From assembly GCA_963666365.2 (NCBI GenBank), contig CAXXNF010000002.1, positions 320,001-384,000 of the forward strand: a stretch of 64,000 bases of DNA. Direction: 5' to 3'. Within the stretch, counting starts at the first letter, position 1. Each line of letters begins with the position of its first letter. Below the pieces are notes generated by a model. That model searched no databases and was not told the DNA's origin. It worked only from the letters and a program-made list of their open reading frames with translations. Positions 49,307-59,998 of this stretch are shown here, in pieces. The position numbers were made by a program, and so were the translations under genes. Source of the stretch: Syntrophales bacterium. Lineage in GTDB: Bacteria; Desulfobacterota; Syntrophia; Syntrophales; UBA2210.

Positions 49307-50407
49307 TCAGAGATGCTGGAGCTGTGCAGCATCTATTGAGCGTTGTAGGGCCTCTATTCTTTTTGCGCCGGCAACACGTGTAAGATTTTTCACAAAGTCG
49401 CTCATAATTCGGGCCTCATCTCTCATCTGTCCCGCTGCCGCAGCAGATTCTGCGGCCTCTAAACTGTTTTCGTTCACCCCATGGCTTATTTGAATCATCG
49501 CTTGGTTGATTTCCTCTACGTACCGAGCTTGTTCTAGGGATGAAGATTCGATTGAATCGATCAGTGTGCCGATCTCTTTTGAGATTTCCATGTTGTCTTT
49601 GTAGCTGGCCCGTGTTTTTTCAGTGAGCTCTTCGCCACGCTCTATTGTGCGAAAGGTCTGTTCAATGAGGGCGTTCGTGTTCCGTGCCGCTTCCGCCGCT
49701 CTCATTGCGAGAGCCCGCACCTCCTCGGCAACCACCGAAAAGCCCATCCCGGCATCACCGGCACTGGCCGCCTCTACTGCCGCGTTCAAAGCGAGAAGAT
49801 TTGTCTGAAAGGCAATTTCATCGATGGTCCTTATTATATGTCCTGTCTCCTTGCTCAGGGCGGTTATCTCTTTTATTGACGACGCCATATCATTCATGTG
49901 CACATCGACGTCCTTTCCTATTCTTTGGGCCTTATCGGATATCATCTTTGCCCGGCAGGAATTTTCTACGCTGTTTCGAGTCATTATCTTTAATTGCTCG
50001 GTGGAAGAGGCGGTGTGCGCAATTTTTTTAAGGTGTCCCTGTGTACGGTCCGAAAGCATTTGACTGGCCTGAAGGATCTGCTGTGAAGCACTCGATACCT
50101 GAAAGCCGCTGTCGATAAGTGAATGAATGCCCTGATCAAGAGGCTTGATGAATCGGTTTGAAAGCACAATGTATGACATGGTAACAAGAAGATAGGCAGC
50201 GAAAAGACAGATGCCGACCACAATGTAATTATGTGTTCCGTAGTGTCCAATAAAGAAAAAGAGTACCGGGAGGAAGAAAAACACCGGAATAAGTATCTGA
50301 AACCGTGTGGAAGGACGGTTTTTCCCGTATATGATTGTCAGAGTTCCCATAATCAACGCCACCATTATTACTTCAATGATAAGCAGCCTTAATAGCTCAT
50401 GCATCAT
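49307..50407 (-). CDS. Methyl-accepting chemotaxis protein
   Basis: [34 protein letters not shown]-terminal TM segments; GGAGG RBS. Confidence 0.93.
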   Translation of the reverse strand: MMHELLRLLIIEVIMVALIMGTLTIIYGKNRPSTRFQILIPVFFFLPVLFFFIGHYGTHNYIVVGICLFAAYLLVTMSYIVLSNRFIKPLDQGIHSLIDSGFQVSSASQQILQASQMLSDRTQGHLKKIAHTASSTEQLKIMTRNSVENSCRAKMISDKAQRIGKDVDVHMNDMASSIKEITALSKETGHIIRTIDEIAFQTNLLALNAAVEAASAGDAGMGFSVVAEEVRALAMRAAEAARNTNALIEQTFRTIERGEELTEKTRASYKDNMEISKEIGTLIDSIESSSLEQARYVEEINQAMIQISHGVNENSLEAAESAAAAGQMRDEARIMSDFVKNLTRVAGAKRIEALQRSIDAAQLQHL

Positions 50408-50571
50408 CTGTGAAAACTCCTCCTGTAAGTGTTCTTGATATTCTCGCATGGCGAGCGGCATAATAACGCGTTGTGCATTCTATCGGTTTTTATTTTATAT
50501 ACTTTAGGTTAAAATAGCACGACCTATGAAGAATCATTGATGACACAGCAAAAATGTAAAGAGGAGTATCG

Positions 50572-52902
50572 ATGAAGACAAAACGGGATCACTTGAATAT
50601 GTTGTGTGACGTCAGTGAGTTGTCGTCCCTTCTTGCCGGGAGTGAGAATATCGAACATTTTCTTCAGCGGACGGCACTCATGGTTGCGACCCATCTCGAT
50701 GCCCATGTGTGCTCGATATATCTTTACGAGGAGGCATCAGAGGAACTTGTCCTCACGGCTACCATGGGGCTTAATCAGGACGCCGTCGGCCGGGTGCGCA
50801 TGAAGCGCGGTGAGGGACTGGTTGGCACAGTCATGGATATACTTAAACCCATACTTGAAAAATCAGGGGAAAACAATCCTAATTTCAAATATTTTAAAGA
50901 GGCAAATGAAGACAGCTACACATCTTTTCTCGCGGTGCCGATTCAGAGAGGAAAAGAAAGAATCGGTGTTCTCGCCGTTCAGCATGAGCAAGTTGATTAC
51001 TTTAACGAGATCGATATGACGGCGCTCCAGGGTATCGCCGCACAATTAGCCGGCGCCATTGAAAATGTGCGGCTCTTGATGAATATGGACAGAAGGCCGC
51101 ATCGAAACTCTTCCTCGGAGTTACTTCAGCGACTTCGATTCGTAAAAGTAAAGAGTGCCTCGGAAGGGTGTGCCTTTGGTCTGTCCGTACCGTTTGTAAA
51201 AGGGGGATATTCAAGTCTGTACGTCAACAGTGATGACGACAAGGACCTTACAATCGAAGATTTTCATCGCGCCGTCAAAGTTACGGGCGATCAGTTATGC
51301 GATCTTCAGAAACGGATTTCGGAGCATCTTCCTGAAGCGGCCTCGCTTATCTTTGAGTCTCATCAGATGATACTTAAGGATGAAGGGTTTATAAGGCGGG
51401 TCGGCGATACAATGTGTGAGGGTATAGGAGTCACCGAGGCGGTGCGCCGTGCGGCCAAGTACTACATTCAAATTTTTTCGTCGAGTGCTCACTCTTATAT
51501 GACTGAAAAAACAGAAGATATAGAAGATCTTGCCAAGCGAATTATCGGGAATCTAAGGCCCGATCTTACGGAAGTACATTCGCCGATGGCCGGACGCATC
51601 GTAATTGCGCAGGATCTTTATCCGTCCGATATTTTGCGGCTTGCTGTGGAAGATGTAAGGGCGGTGATTCTGGTGAGCGGCGGAATGACGTCTCACATTG
51701 CAATTCTGTCCCGGTCGCTCCAAATTCCTTTAGTAATCGCGGAACAAGCGGAATTGCTCCATCTGCCCAAGGGCATTCCCATTCTTGTCGATGCGGATAT
51801 CGGCAATGTCTATATAGATCCCTCTGTGGATATTATCGAGACGTTCGAAAAAAAGAAGAAAGTACAGCAGAGAGTGACGCATTTGGCACAATCAATAAGT
51901 GCCAGGACTGAAACCAGAGATGGAACGCCCATACAGTTGATGGCGAATATAAATATTCTCGGCGAACTTGCGATTGCTCAGGCACTTCAGGTAGATGGAA
52001 TAGGTTTGTATCGAACGGAATTTCCCTTTCTCGTGCGATCGAATTTTCCTTCGGAGGAAGAGCAATTCCTCGTATACCGGCGTGTGTTCTCCGCTATGCC
52101 AGGACGCAGGACAGTGATTCGCACCCTTGATCTTGCCGGCGATAAAATAATTCCCTTTCTCGATAAGCCCCGGGAGTCGAACCCTCAACTCGGGCTCAGG
52201 TCGACAAGGTTCATGCTGGCGCATAAAGATATTTTTCAGCAACAGCTTCGTGCGATTTTAAGGGCAGCCGCGGGGCATGAAATCTGTGGAATTATGTTCC
52301 CTCTTATTTCGTCTCTGGATGAATTTCTTCAGGCCCGAAAGTGTCTGGACGAATGCATGGATGAGTTGGCATCGCAGGGTCTTTCCTACCACGAAACTCC
52401 GCAGGTTGGCATGATGGTTGAGCTGCCGGCGATTGTGGAAATAGCCGACGATGTTGCGGAAGAAGCCGATTTTTCCTCAATCGGAACCAACGATTTCGTG
52501 CAGTATATGTTGGCGGCTGACAGGAACAACGAACAGGTCGAGAGCTACTACCAGCCCTATCATCCGTCGGTCCTGCGGGCGCTCAAACGTGTTGTTGATG
52601 CCCATGTGTGCAGAGGCAAAGACATTTCGGTCTGTGGGGAAACGGCACATGAATTTGACTACCTGCGTTTTCTTGTCGGAATTGGAGTGAAAAGTCTGAG
52701 CGTCGACCCGCGTTTCATTCCATCAATAAGGCGATCTCTTGCCGATTTCGATATGGAGGAGGCCTGTTGTTACGCCGAGGCGCTGCTTAGTAAAAAGACG
52801 ATTTCAGGAGTGTTCGAAGAGATTGATGAATATCATGTTTTGAGCTATCCTCCCGAACATTCACACGGTTCCTGTCACGCATCCCGGTATCGCGACCGGT
52901 GA
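50572..52902 (+). CDS. ptsP: PEP-protein phosphotransferase with N-terminal GAF (EI-Ntr)
   Basis: GAF domain, GG.TSH.AIL phospho-His, GIGLYRTEF, NP.LGLR, SIGTND..QY, VCGE. Confidence 0.92.
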   Translation: MKTKRDHLNMLCDVSELSSLLAGSENIEHFLQRTALMVATHLDAHVCSIYLYEEASEELVLTATMGLNQDAVGRVRMKRGEGLVGTVMDILKPILEKSGENNPNFKYFKEANEDSYTSFLAVPIQRGKERIGVLAVQHEQVDYFNEIDMTALQGIAAQLAGAIENVRLLMNMDRRPHRNSSSELLQRLRFVKVKSASEGCAFGLSVPFVKGGYSSLYVNSDDDKDLTIEDFHRAVKVTGDQLCDLQKRISEHLPEAASLIFESHQMILKDEGFIRRVGDTMCEGIGVTEAVRRAAKYYIQIFSSSAHSYMTEKTEDIEDLAKRIIGNLRPDLTEVHSPMAGRIVIAQDLYPSDILRLAVEDVRAVILVSGGMTSHIAILSRSLQIPLVIAEQAELLHLPKGIPILVDADIGNVYIDPSVDIIETFEKKKKVQQRVTHLAQSISARTETRDGTPIQLMANINILGELAIAQALQVDGIGLYRTEFPFLVRSNFPSEEEQFLVYRRVFSAMPGRRTVIRTLDLAGDKIIPFLDKPRESNPQLGLRSTRFMLAHKDIFQQQLRAILRAAAGHEICGIMFPLISSLDEFLQARKCLDECMDELASQGLSYHETPQVGMMVELPAIVEIADDVAEEADFSSIGTNDFVQYMLAADRNNEQVESYYQPYHPSVLRALKRVVDAHVCRGKDISVCGETAHEFDYLRFLVGIGVKSLSVDPRFIPSIRRSLADFDMEEACCYAEALLSKKTISGVFEEIDEYHVLSYPPEHSHGSCHASRYRDR

Positions 52903-52957
52903 AAAGAATCACCGAGGTGCGATGTGCCTTGTTTTTTTAACTACGGAAAGGATAGGC

Positions 52958-53896
52958 ATGCATAAGGGTGGACTTACCATCAGGGATCTGCCTTCCCAAT
53001 GGATGGATTTGATGGATATTGCGCTGGAAAAGGAGAAGGAGAGAAAAATATTGAAGGGATTGGATTACGGTGCTGCCGTAACGGATGCAAGGAGGGCGCA
53101 AAAATTGTTTTCAGCAGTGAAGGAGGCCACCCATGTCGTTTTGCACATACGTGAAGGAAATGAAGAACAAAATCCCCATCTTGAGGTTTCCCGACGGATG
53201 GAACGCCTGCCCCGGGAAACTCTACGTCTTTATGGAGTATTCCTCCCGCTGACCATAATTCTTCTTTCGATGACGTTTCTGCTGCCCGCAGGTGGCATCG
53301 AAGTGTGGGGCATGCGAGCCTGTATCCTCTTCTTTCTTGTATTTCCCATTATTTATAGACAACGTCTTCGACTCAATATTGCTCATGACTGTTCATACCG
53401 AAGGGAGACTGACGGGATGTCGGTTATTGAAATTGACCAACTTCCCGAGAAACAGTTCATCTCATATGTGGCTCATGAATATGCGCACCATGTATTCTAT
53501 AGTAAATATGGGGACTTGAATGATTCGTGGGTAAAGAAAGGTTGGTGCAGGCTCGTCCAGTGGGCTGTGGTCAATTATTTCTATGGTCGCGAGGGCAATC
53601 CCGCCTATCTGGGCCATGTGCTCGAGCAGATTGCCGGTGAGCTGAAATGTGCCTGTGAAATGGTTGCAATGTCGCTGAGAATGGGTCTTCCTGGGCCGTT
53701 GAGGAGAATCAGGACCCCCTATAGTACAAATTCTCTCGCAGCGTTTCTTACAGGGAAGCCCCTGTTCGATGTGCGCCGTCATGCAGTGCACAGTGTGGGA
53801 ACCGCCCGTTTTTTTCTTGCCGCGAAGAAATGGGGAATTGATGAAGCTCTGAAAAATCCGCGCCGCGTCGTTGAGGAAGCATTACATGCCAGTTGA
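52958..53896 (+). CDS. Membrane protein with HExxH motif
   Basis: Two TM helices, then VAHEYAHH; start uncertain. Confidence 0.65.
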   Translation: MHKGGLTIRDLPSQWMDLMDIALEKEKERKILKGLDYGAAVTDARRAQKLFSAVKEATHVVLHIREGNEEQNPHLEVSRRMERLPRETLRLYGVFLPLTIILLSMTFLLPAGGIEVWGMRACILFFLVFPIIYRQRLRLNIAHDCSYRRETDGMSVIEIDQLPEKQFISYVAHEYAHHVFYSKYGDLNDSWVKKGWCRLVQWAVVNYFYGREGNPAYLGHVLEQIAGELKCACEMVAMSLRMGLPGPLRRIRTPYSTNSLAAFLTGKPLFDVRRHAVHSVGTARFFLAAKKWGIDEALKNPRRVVEEALHAS

Positions 53897-54032
53897 GCGC
53901 CGCTAGCGTGGCAATGTGTTCAGGGTAATAAAACTCTTGGTTTACGCAGCCTGTTCTGGTAAATGTCACAGAAAGGCTGGTTGTGGTACGCTGTTGAAAC
54001 AATGGACACATGTGACATTGAGAGGTCCGATT

Positions 54033-54758
54033 ATGAAATCTTCCGAATCGTCATTGAATTTCCTGCCTTTTAAAAACCTTGACGCAGTTCTGGAAGAGAA
54101 GTGCATGAAACCGACCTCACCCGCAACCCGAACAAAGGAATCAATTGACACTCATGAGGGCGATGACCCATGGAGAGAGAGCATTCTCTTTGAAAAAGCC
54201 ATGGAGGATGTGGTTCCCCTCAGACAAAACCATGTGATAGACAGGAGGATGTCTGTTACCGCCTCTCATTGCGCCGATTCCAGCGAGGAACGCGAGGCGC
54301 TTGACAATCTGAAGAGTCTCGTCGACAGCGGGAAAGGATTCGTGGTCGCGCACACCCCTGAATATGTTGAAGGCAGCTCCTACGGTGGGCATCCGGAAAT
54401 GGCGCAGCGCCTTCATCGCGGAGATTTCTCAATTCAAGCCCATATCGATCTTCACGGTTTCACCGTTACGGCTGCACGGCCTGCACTCGATGCCTTCATT
54501 GCCGAGTCAGTCAGAACAGGCAAAAGGGCGGTGATGGTTATCCATGGGAGGGGGCGTTCGTCTCCGGTAAAACCGGTGTTAAAGAAAAAAGTAATCCAGT
54601 GGCTCTGTGAAAGTCCCCTGCAAAAGTGGGTGATTGCCTTCTCAAGCGCTCCGTTGTTCGATGGAGGCGCAGGAGCGACCTATGTGCTGTTAAGACGGCG
54701 TCCCGCCACTAAGGGAATGAGGAAGCGCATTAGGGGGCGCGCCCATGGTCGGAATTGA
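54033..54758 (+). CDS. Smr/MutS2 domain protein
   Basis: IDLHG.T, VIHGRG..S, PVLK, GGAGATYVLL. Confidence 0.9.
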   Translation: MKSSESSLNFLPFKNLDAVLEEKCMKPTSPATRTKESIDTHEGDDPWRESILFEKAMEDVVPLRQNHVIDRRMSVTASHCADSSEEREALDNLKSLVDSGKGFVVAHTPEYVEGSSYGGHPEMAQRLHRGDFSIQAHIDLHGFTVTAARPALDAFIAESVRTGKRAVMVIHGRGRSSPVKPVLKKKVIQWLCESPLQKWVIAFSSAPLFDGGAGATYVLLRRRPATKGMRKRIRGRAHGRN

Positions 54759-54791
54759 CGAACGATTTCTTAAGGACTGATTGGATGGTGC

Positions 54792-55553
54792 ATGATGGTA
54801 TATTGTATTAAAGCCGGATATGCCAACACGTACGTGATCGAAGAGCCGGAGGGGACAGTTGCCGTCGATGTGGGAACCCGATATGCGGCGGAAAAAGTAT
54901 TTCAGTTGGTGTCTTCAAAAAATGGTTCTCAACAGGGCGGGCTTCGTCTGATCACGGCGACTCATTTTCATATCGATCATATCGGTGGGATCAATAGACT
55001 GCATGAACTCTGTCCGGAGGCGTCCATTCATTTTCACCTTTTTGTCGGGGCCTACCTCAGCGGTAAAGAAACGTTGTCCGTGCCTCCTCTGCGTCGCTGG
55101 ATTTTCGGACTCGTTCCCACGCTGTTCAAACTCGGGAACCCCCTCGCAAATGCCTATCGTGCCGCCGTGAGCGAGAAGAAAGGGATTCCTCTTCCCCTGA
55201 CGGGGTCGAGGAACAGGGTTGCCTATAATGGCCTATGCGACTTGAAGGATTCGGTGACGCTTTCTCCAGGTTCGGGGTGGGTGGTTCTGGAGACGCCGGG
55301 TCATACCCCCGACAGCATTTCTTTTTACTGCGAAGAAGAAAAAGCGCTGATCTGCGGTGATACCATTTTAAATATGGAGGGAAGGGGCGAATTGAATCGC
55401 TTTTGTGCGAGTTGGGACAGCATTCACCGTTCCTTTGAGAAACTTTGCTCCTTCGAGGTGGAAACGATGTACCCCGGTCACGGTACGCCCATTGAAGAGG
55501 TGAAAGGGCTTCTCTCCGGAGTGCGCAGCACGCCACTTAATATAGCGCCTTAG
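54792..55553 (+). CDS. MBL-fold metallo-hydrolase
   Basis: THFHIDHIGG, TPGHTPDS, GD, PGHG. Confidence 0.9.
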   Translation: MMVYCIKAGYANTYVIEEPEGTVAVDVGTRYAAEKVFQLVSSKNGSQQGGLRLITATHFHIDHIGGINRLHELCPEASIHFHLFVGAYLSGKETLSVPPLRRWIFGLVPTLFKLGNPLANAYRAAVSEKKGIPLPLTGSRNRVAYNGLCDLKDSVTLSPGSGWVVLETPGHTPDSISFYCEEEKALICGDTILNMEGRGELNRFCASWDSIHRSFEKLCSFEVETMYPGHGTPIEEVKGLLSGVRSTPLNIAP

Positions 55554-55662
55554 GCCGAAAACTGAAAAAGGATTTAAAAAACTCCTTCAGCACTCAGCCT
55601 CAACGCTTCGAAGGGTCAAGAAAAAATGAGCTGTGCGGCCATGCGCATTCAACCTTTATGGT

Positions 55663-55974
55663 TCATCTCTCGGGAAGATGGATTTTTCGTTTTTCCGGAT
55701 CGCTTTGATATCGAAAAATAATCGCCACATGCCCCGTCATTCCGACGAATTCACATGCTGCCTTCTGTGCGAGTTCTTCAATCATCAGGTTCTTCAGGCT
55801 TCTTTCGGACACATCGGTAAACTTGATCTTGATCAATTCGTGTAGGGCGAGCGCTTCGTCAATGGCGTTCACTATCTCTGTGGTGATCCCCTTCTGCCCG
55901 ATAAGGACAACGGGCTTCAGCGCATGTGCCATCGCCCGAAGGCGTCGTTTCTGATATCCTTGCAGTGAACTCAT
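55663..55974 (-). CDS. yhbY: YhbY/CRM RNA-binding protein
   Basis: Q.R.LR..AH.LKPVV.IGQKG, HELIKIK. Confidence 0.9.
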   Translation of the reverse strand: MSSLQGYQKRRLRAMAHALKPVVLIGQKGITTEIVNAIDEALALHELIKIKFTDVSERSLKNLMIEELAQKAACEFVGMTGHVAIIFRYQSDPEKRKIHLPER

Positions 55975-56008
55975 GGGGTGATTCCTTTCATATCCGTGTC
56001 CGCCGTGC

Positions 56009-56362
56009 TCATGGGCGTTGGTGTTCCCTGTGTCGACTCCCTAGTATATAGGCGTCGATTATCGAAAACAGCCAGATTGCAATGAGGAAGGCAAAACAAA
56101 ACGACACAGCGGCAGACGACGAGGACGACACCGCCCGCGATGCCTCCTGTGTGATTGTTTGTACATCGATGGCGCCGTTTTGATGCTGCAGTGTTTCAAG
56201 CACCGCGAGCGCCTGGACCACAGCAATGCCCACAATGATTCCTATAGTGCCTAAGGTGAGCATCACTATTGCAATTCCCCTGCCGTATCTTCCGAGGTGA
56301 ATCTGGCCTACTCCCGGGAAGGCAAGCGCGGAGAGAAGTGCCGCTTTTGTGTGAATTTTCAT
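56009..56362 (-). CDS. Small membrane protein (DUF6677-like)
   Basis: AALLSAL.FPG.GQ..LGRY.RG ... W.FSIIDAY. Confidence 0.75.
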   Translation of the reverse strand: MKIHTKAALLSALAFPGVGQIHLGRYGRGIAIVMLTLGTIGIIVGIAVVQALAVLETLQHQNGAIDVQTITQEASRAVSSSSSAAVSFCFAFLIAIWLFSIIDAYILGSRHREHQRP

Positions 56363-56570
56363 CGTTGTCCCTTCTTTATGGTGCAATTGCATTGTAGTCC
56401 TTTCGAGAGACAAATACAAGCCGATGGCGGCTACAGGGTGTGCATTTTTCTGCGTTCTTCCTTGAGACAGAGGGGAGCGAATTATGATTTGCCCTTTGAA
56501 TTCCTATCTGCTAAAAGCTCAAAATGCACAGCATCACACGGGCATATTATGATGAAAGGTGAAATGATAT

Positions 56571-57770
56571 ATGGCTATCGCAAAGAAAATCGAATCGTTT
56601 ATGGCTCAATCCTCATGGATTCGCCGGATGTTTGAGGACGGGCTCAGATTGAAGAAGGAATATGGGGAAGAGAACGTATTCGATTTCAGCCTGGGAAATC
56701 CTAACCTGAACCCTCCCGAAAAATTCAAAAAGTTCCTCAGGGAGGTTGCCGCAGAGGAAAGAGAAGGCATCCACGGATACATGCCAAATGCCGGTTATCC
56801 TGAGACCAGAGAGGCCATTGCTTCATTCCTCAGCGCTACACAGGAGGTAGAACTTGGGGGGCAGCACATAATTATGGCCTGCGGCGCCGGCGGGGCATTG
56901 AATGTAGCCCTTAAAACGTTGCTCGATCCGGGTGACGAGGTGATCATTCCTACACCTTTTTTTGTTGAATACCGTTTTTATGTCGACAATTACAACGGGA
57001 TTCCACGACTTGTACCGACAAAAAAAGATTTCTCCCTTGATCTGCCGGCGATTGAAGCGGCAATTACCGAAAAAACGAAAGTTGTCCTCATCAATTCTCC
57101 GCACAACCCAACGGGCAAGGTCTATAATCAGGACTCCATCGACCAGCTGGCATCGATGCTCGCGCGAAAGGGGCGTGAATCGGGACGAGAGATATATCTC
57201 ATCTCGGACGAACCCTACCGTGAAATTGTCTACGACGGAAGCGAGGTTCCGAGTCTCTTAAAGGCGTACCGTCACAGTATTGTTGCCACGTCATATTCGA
57301 AAAGCATCTCCATCCCCGGAGAGAGAATCGGATTCCTGGCGGTAAATCCGGCATCGGCGGATTGCGAAAACTTGATAAACGGTATGTCGCTGTGTACGAG
57401 AATACTTGGATTTGTAAACGCCCCTGCCATGATGCAGCGGGTGATTGCACTCCTTCAAGGTGTGCAGGTCAATGTAAATGAATATAAACGAAAGCGAGAT
57501 CTGCTCTGTGACGGTCTTTCGCGGATAGGCTACGAGGTGATGAAACCGGAAGGCGCCTTTTATCTCTTTTTGAAGAGTCCTGTTGACGACGACGTTGCCT
57601 TTGTTAAGGCACTGCAGAGAAAACAGATCCTGACGGTTCCGGGAAGCGGTTTTGAGGGACCGGGATACATACGAATCGCCTATTGTGTCGACGATGCCGT
57701 CATCACAAATTCGATGAAAGGTTTTGGAGAGGTCTATCGAGAATTGACTGCGCAAGGGGAGAAGAGCTGA
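56571..57770 (+). CDS. PLP-dependent class I/II aminotransferase (aspartate aminotransferase-like)
   Basis: DFSLGNP, NSPHNPTG, ISDEPY, SYSKS.S.PGERIG. Confidence 0.93.
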   Translation: MAIAKKIESFMAQSSWIRRMFEDGLRLKKEYGEENVFDFSLGNPNLNPPEKFKKFLREVAAEEREGIHGYMPNAGYPETREAIASFLSATQEVELGGQHIIMACGAGGALNVALKTLLDPGDEVIIPTPFFVEYRFYVDNYNGIPRLVPTKKDFSLDLPAIEAAITEKTKVVLINSPHNPTGKVYNQDSIDQLASMLARKGRESGREIYLISDEPYREIVYDGSEVPSLLKAYRHSIVATSYSKSISIPGERIGFLAVNPASADCENLINGMSLCTRILGFVNAPAMMQRVIALLQGVQVNVNEYKRKRDLLCDGLSRIGYEVMKPEGAFYLFLKSPVDDDVAFVKALQRKQILTVPGSGFEGPGYIRIAYCVDDAVITNSMKGFGEVYRELTAQGEKS

Positions 57771-57772
57771 GC

Positions 57773-58114
57773 ATGCATGAGGAAATTCGACCTTGGGGAC
57801 GCTATCGTGTGTTGTTGGATGAAGCGGATCACAAGGTGAAGATGATCGTCATTTTTCAAGGCAAGCGCTTGAGCCTCCAGAGGCATCGAAAACGGAGTGA
57901 ACACTGGTACATTGTCCGCGGAAACGCCCTGGTGACACTGAACGACCGCATCATGCAGGTGGCGCCGGGTCAATCCGTCGATATTCCGCAGTCGAGTCTC
58001 CACCGTATCGAAAACACGGGCGCCGGGGAGGTGGTGCTTATTGAGGTGCAAACAGGCGTCTATTTCGGTGAAGACGACATTGAACGTTTTGAGGACGATT
58101 ATGGACGTCTGTAA
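57773..58114 (+). CDS. Type II mannose-6-phosphate isomerase C-terminal cupin
   Basis: RPWG, RLSLQ.H..RSEHW, HRIEN, EVQ.G.YFGEDDIERFEDDYGR. Confidence 0.9.
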   Translation: MHEEIRPWGRYRVLLDEADHKVKMIVIFQGKRLSLQRHRKRSEHWYIVRGNALVTLNDRIMQVAPGQSVDIPQSSLHRIENTGAGEVVLIEVQTGVYFGEDDIERFEDDYGRL

Positions 58115-58117
58115 CCG

Positions 58118-58978
58118 TTAAAATCTCATTAAAATAATCGACACGACGGTAAGTATCACAGCGAGACAGCGAGAGAAGTCGATCTTTTCTTTATAAAACA
58201 AAACAGAAAGAGCGATGACCACCACAAAATACATCCCCGTGACGGGCATGATGATGGACAGGGGTCCCCTCTCAAGGGCGTGGAGAAGCGAATAAAAGCC
58301 GGCAAAATTGAAAATGCCCATGGAGAATCCCAGAAGAAGCGCTTTCCCTTGGTTCGCCTTTACTCCCGGACCGCGAAGAAACCCATGCAGGGCAAGAGAG
58401 AGGAACATGCTTAAAAAATATGATAATGCGATAAAGGCCAGTTTATTGACATGTAGTGCGGCATACTTGCTTGAGAGCGCCGCAATCGATCCTGAGACGA
58501 GGGCGATTAATGCCATGACGAAGCCCCGTGCGGCCATATTTTTTGGATCACTGTTCACTGCCGAATGATGGGCAAGCATGATAATGACCCCGATGGCAAT
58601 ACAGATTCCTGCAATTTGAAAGCCTGAAAGCCGATCATGAAATAAAATGACCGACAAAATTACCACAACGCCCGTGTTGAGGCGAATAAGCGGCATTGCC
58701 CTGCTTGTGGGAATATATTTAAGGGCTTCTATGGTCATGATTGTGCTCGTAAGAAAGGACAGACCGTTTATCAGAGAAAGGGCAATTAAAAGAGGAGGGT
58801 AGGAGATTGCGTTGTTTCCGAAGAAAAAGAAAACCGCACCGATGAATGCCACGGTTCCCATAAAGGAAAAGGTTGTCCACGCGGTATTGCATTTTTCCGC
58901 CGCCGATACCTTGTAAAGAAATCGTTGTATGCCGAAAAGAAAAAGGGAAATAATAGCAAGGACATACCAGGTTTTCAT
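58118..58978 (-). CDS. EamA/DMT family transporter
   Basis: Ten hydrophobic helices arranged as two repeats. Confidence 0.85.
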   Translation of the reverse strand: MKTWYVLAIISLFLFGIQRFLYKVSAAEKCNTAWTTFSFMGTVAFIGAVFFFFGNNAISYPPLLIALSLINGLSFLTSTIMTIEALKYIPTSRAMPLIRLNTGVVVILSVILFHDRLSGFQIAGICIAIGVIIMLAHHSAVNSDPKNMAARGFVMALIALVSGSIAALSSKYAALHVNKLAFIALSYFLSMFLSLALHGFLRGPGVKANQGKALLLGFSMGIFNFAGFYSLLHALERGPLSIIMPVTGMYFVVVIALSVLFYKEKIDFSRCLAVILTVVSIILMRF

Positions 58979-59143
58979 AGCAGTACTTCGAAGGGTGTGA
59001 CATCGAAAGCTTTCCCGAGAATCACTTTGAAAGCAGCCAGGGGCAGCGACTGACCACCTCTGAAGGCATATCGAGAGTGGATTCGGGTGATACCGATTAT
59101 GACTCCAAAAGAGACCTGAGGAGCCTACGAGGGACGCTGCATC

Positions 59144-59570
59144 TTAGGCTGGTTTTTTCTTTGGGGGACTCATCATTGCCTCGCCGTCGACAATAAGTGT
59201 ACCGTCCTGATTGACACAGGTGGTCCTCAAGATGACTCTGTTCTTTTCATTTAGCACATCAGTTACTTCAGCACGGGCGGTAATCGTATCGCCGATGCGA
59301 GCAGGAGCAAGAAATCGCAGACTCTGGCTTATGTACACAGATCCCGGGCCGGGAAGCAGGGTTCCCAGAATGGCGGAGATGAATCCGCCCAGCAACATGC
59401 CATGGGCAATACGCCCTTTAAAGAATGTCTGCGCGGCATACTCCTCGTTAATATGGGCGGGATTCATGTCTCCCGTGATGCCGGCATAGAGATACACATC
59501 AGACTCTGAGAGTTTTTGAAAATTCCTCCTTATCGCCTTTACGAATTTCATCTATGGACTTCGATGCCAT
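59144..59570 (-). pseudogene. MaoC/PhaJ-type (R)-enoyl-CoA hydratase with an apparent 2-nt frameshift near 59510
   Basis: ATG 59570 with AAGGAG RBS gives MASKSIDEIRKGDKEEFSKTL then a stop; the core SESDVYLYAGITGDMNPAH...IAHG..LPGPG is in another frame. Confidence 0.7.
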
Positions 59571-59998
59571 GGACAGGGGTTCTCCTTTCCTTTATTGGAT
59601 TTTGCTATATCACGTAATGACAGGCGCGGCAAGGGGATTGAGGGGGCGTCTTATTTCTATAAGACAACTAATTAGGATAGCCATTAATTCCCCATATTAT
59701 CACTATTGCATATGGCGCGATCATGTGTAGTATACATGACATTTGAAGGTGGTTCAGTATGTAACAATGCAGGCATCCACGTAAGGGAATGCGAAAGGGC
59801 AGCCTATTTGAATTCATCAATACAGTGAGCGTTTGTGTGATTTTTTTTCTTGACAGCATCAATAAAGCAATATACCAAATCTACCGTTAAGGGGTTCGGA
59901 CAAAAATATATGTGCCGTAAAACATCATGGTGAATGCGTGAAGAGTGACGGCGTATAAAATCAACATACTAAGGCTTTAAAATGAAAAGGAGGCGCCT

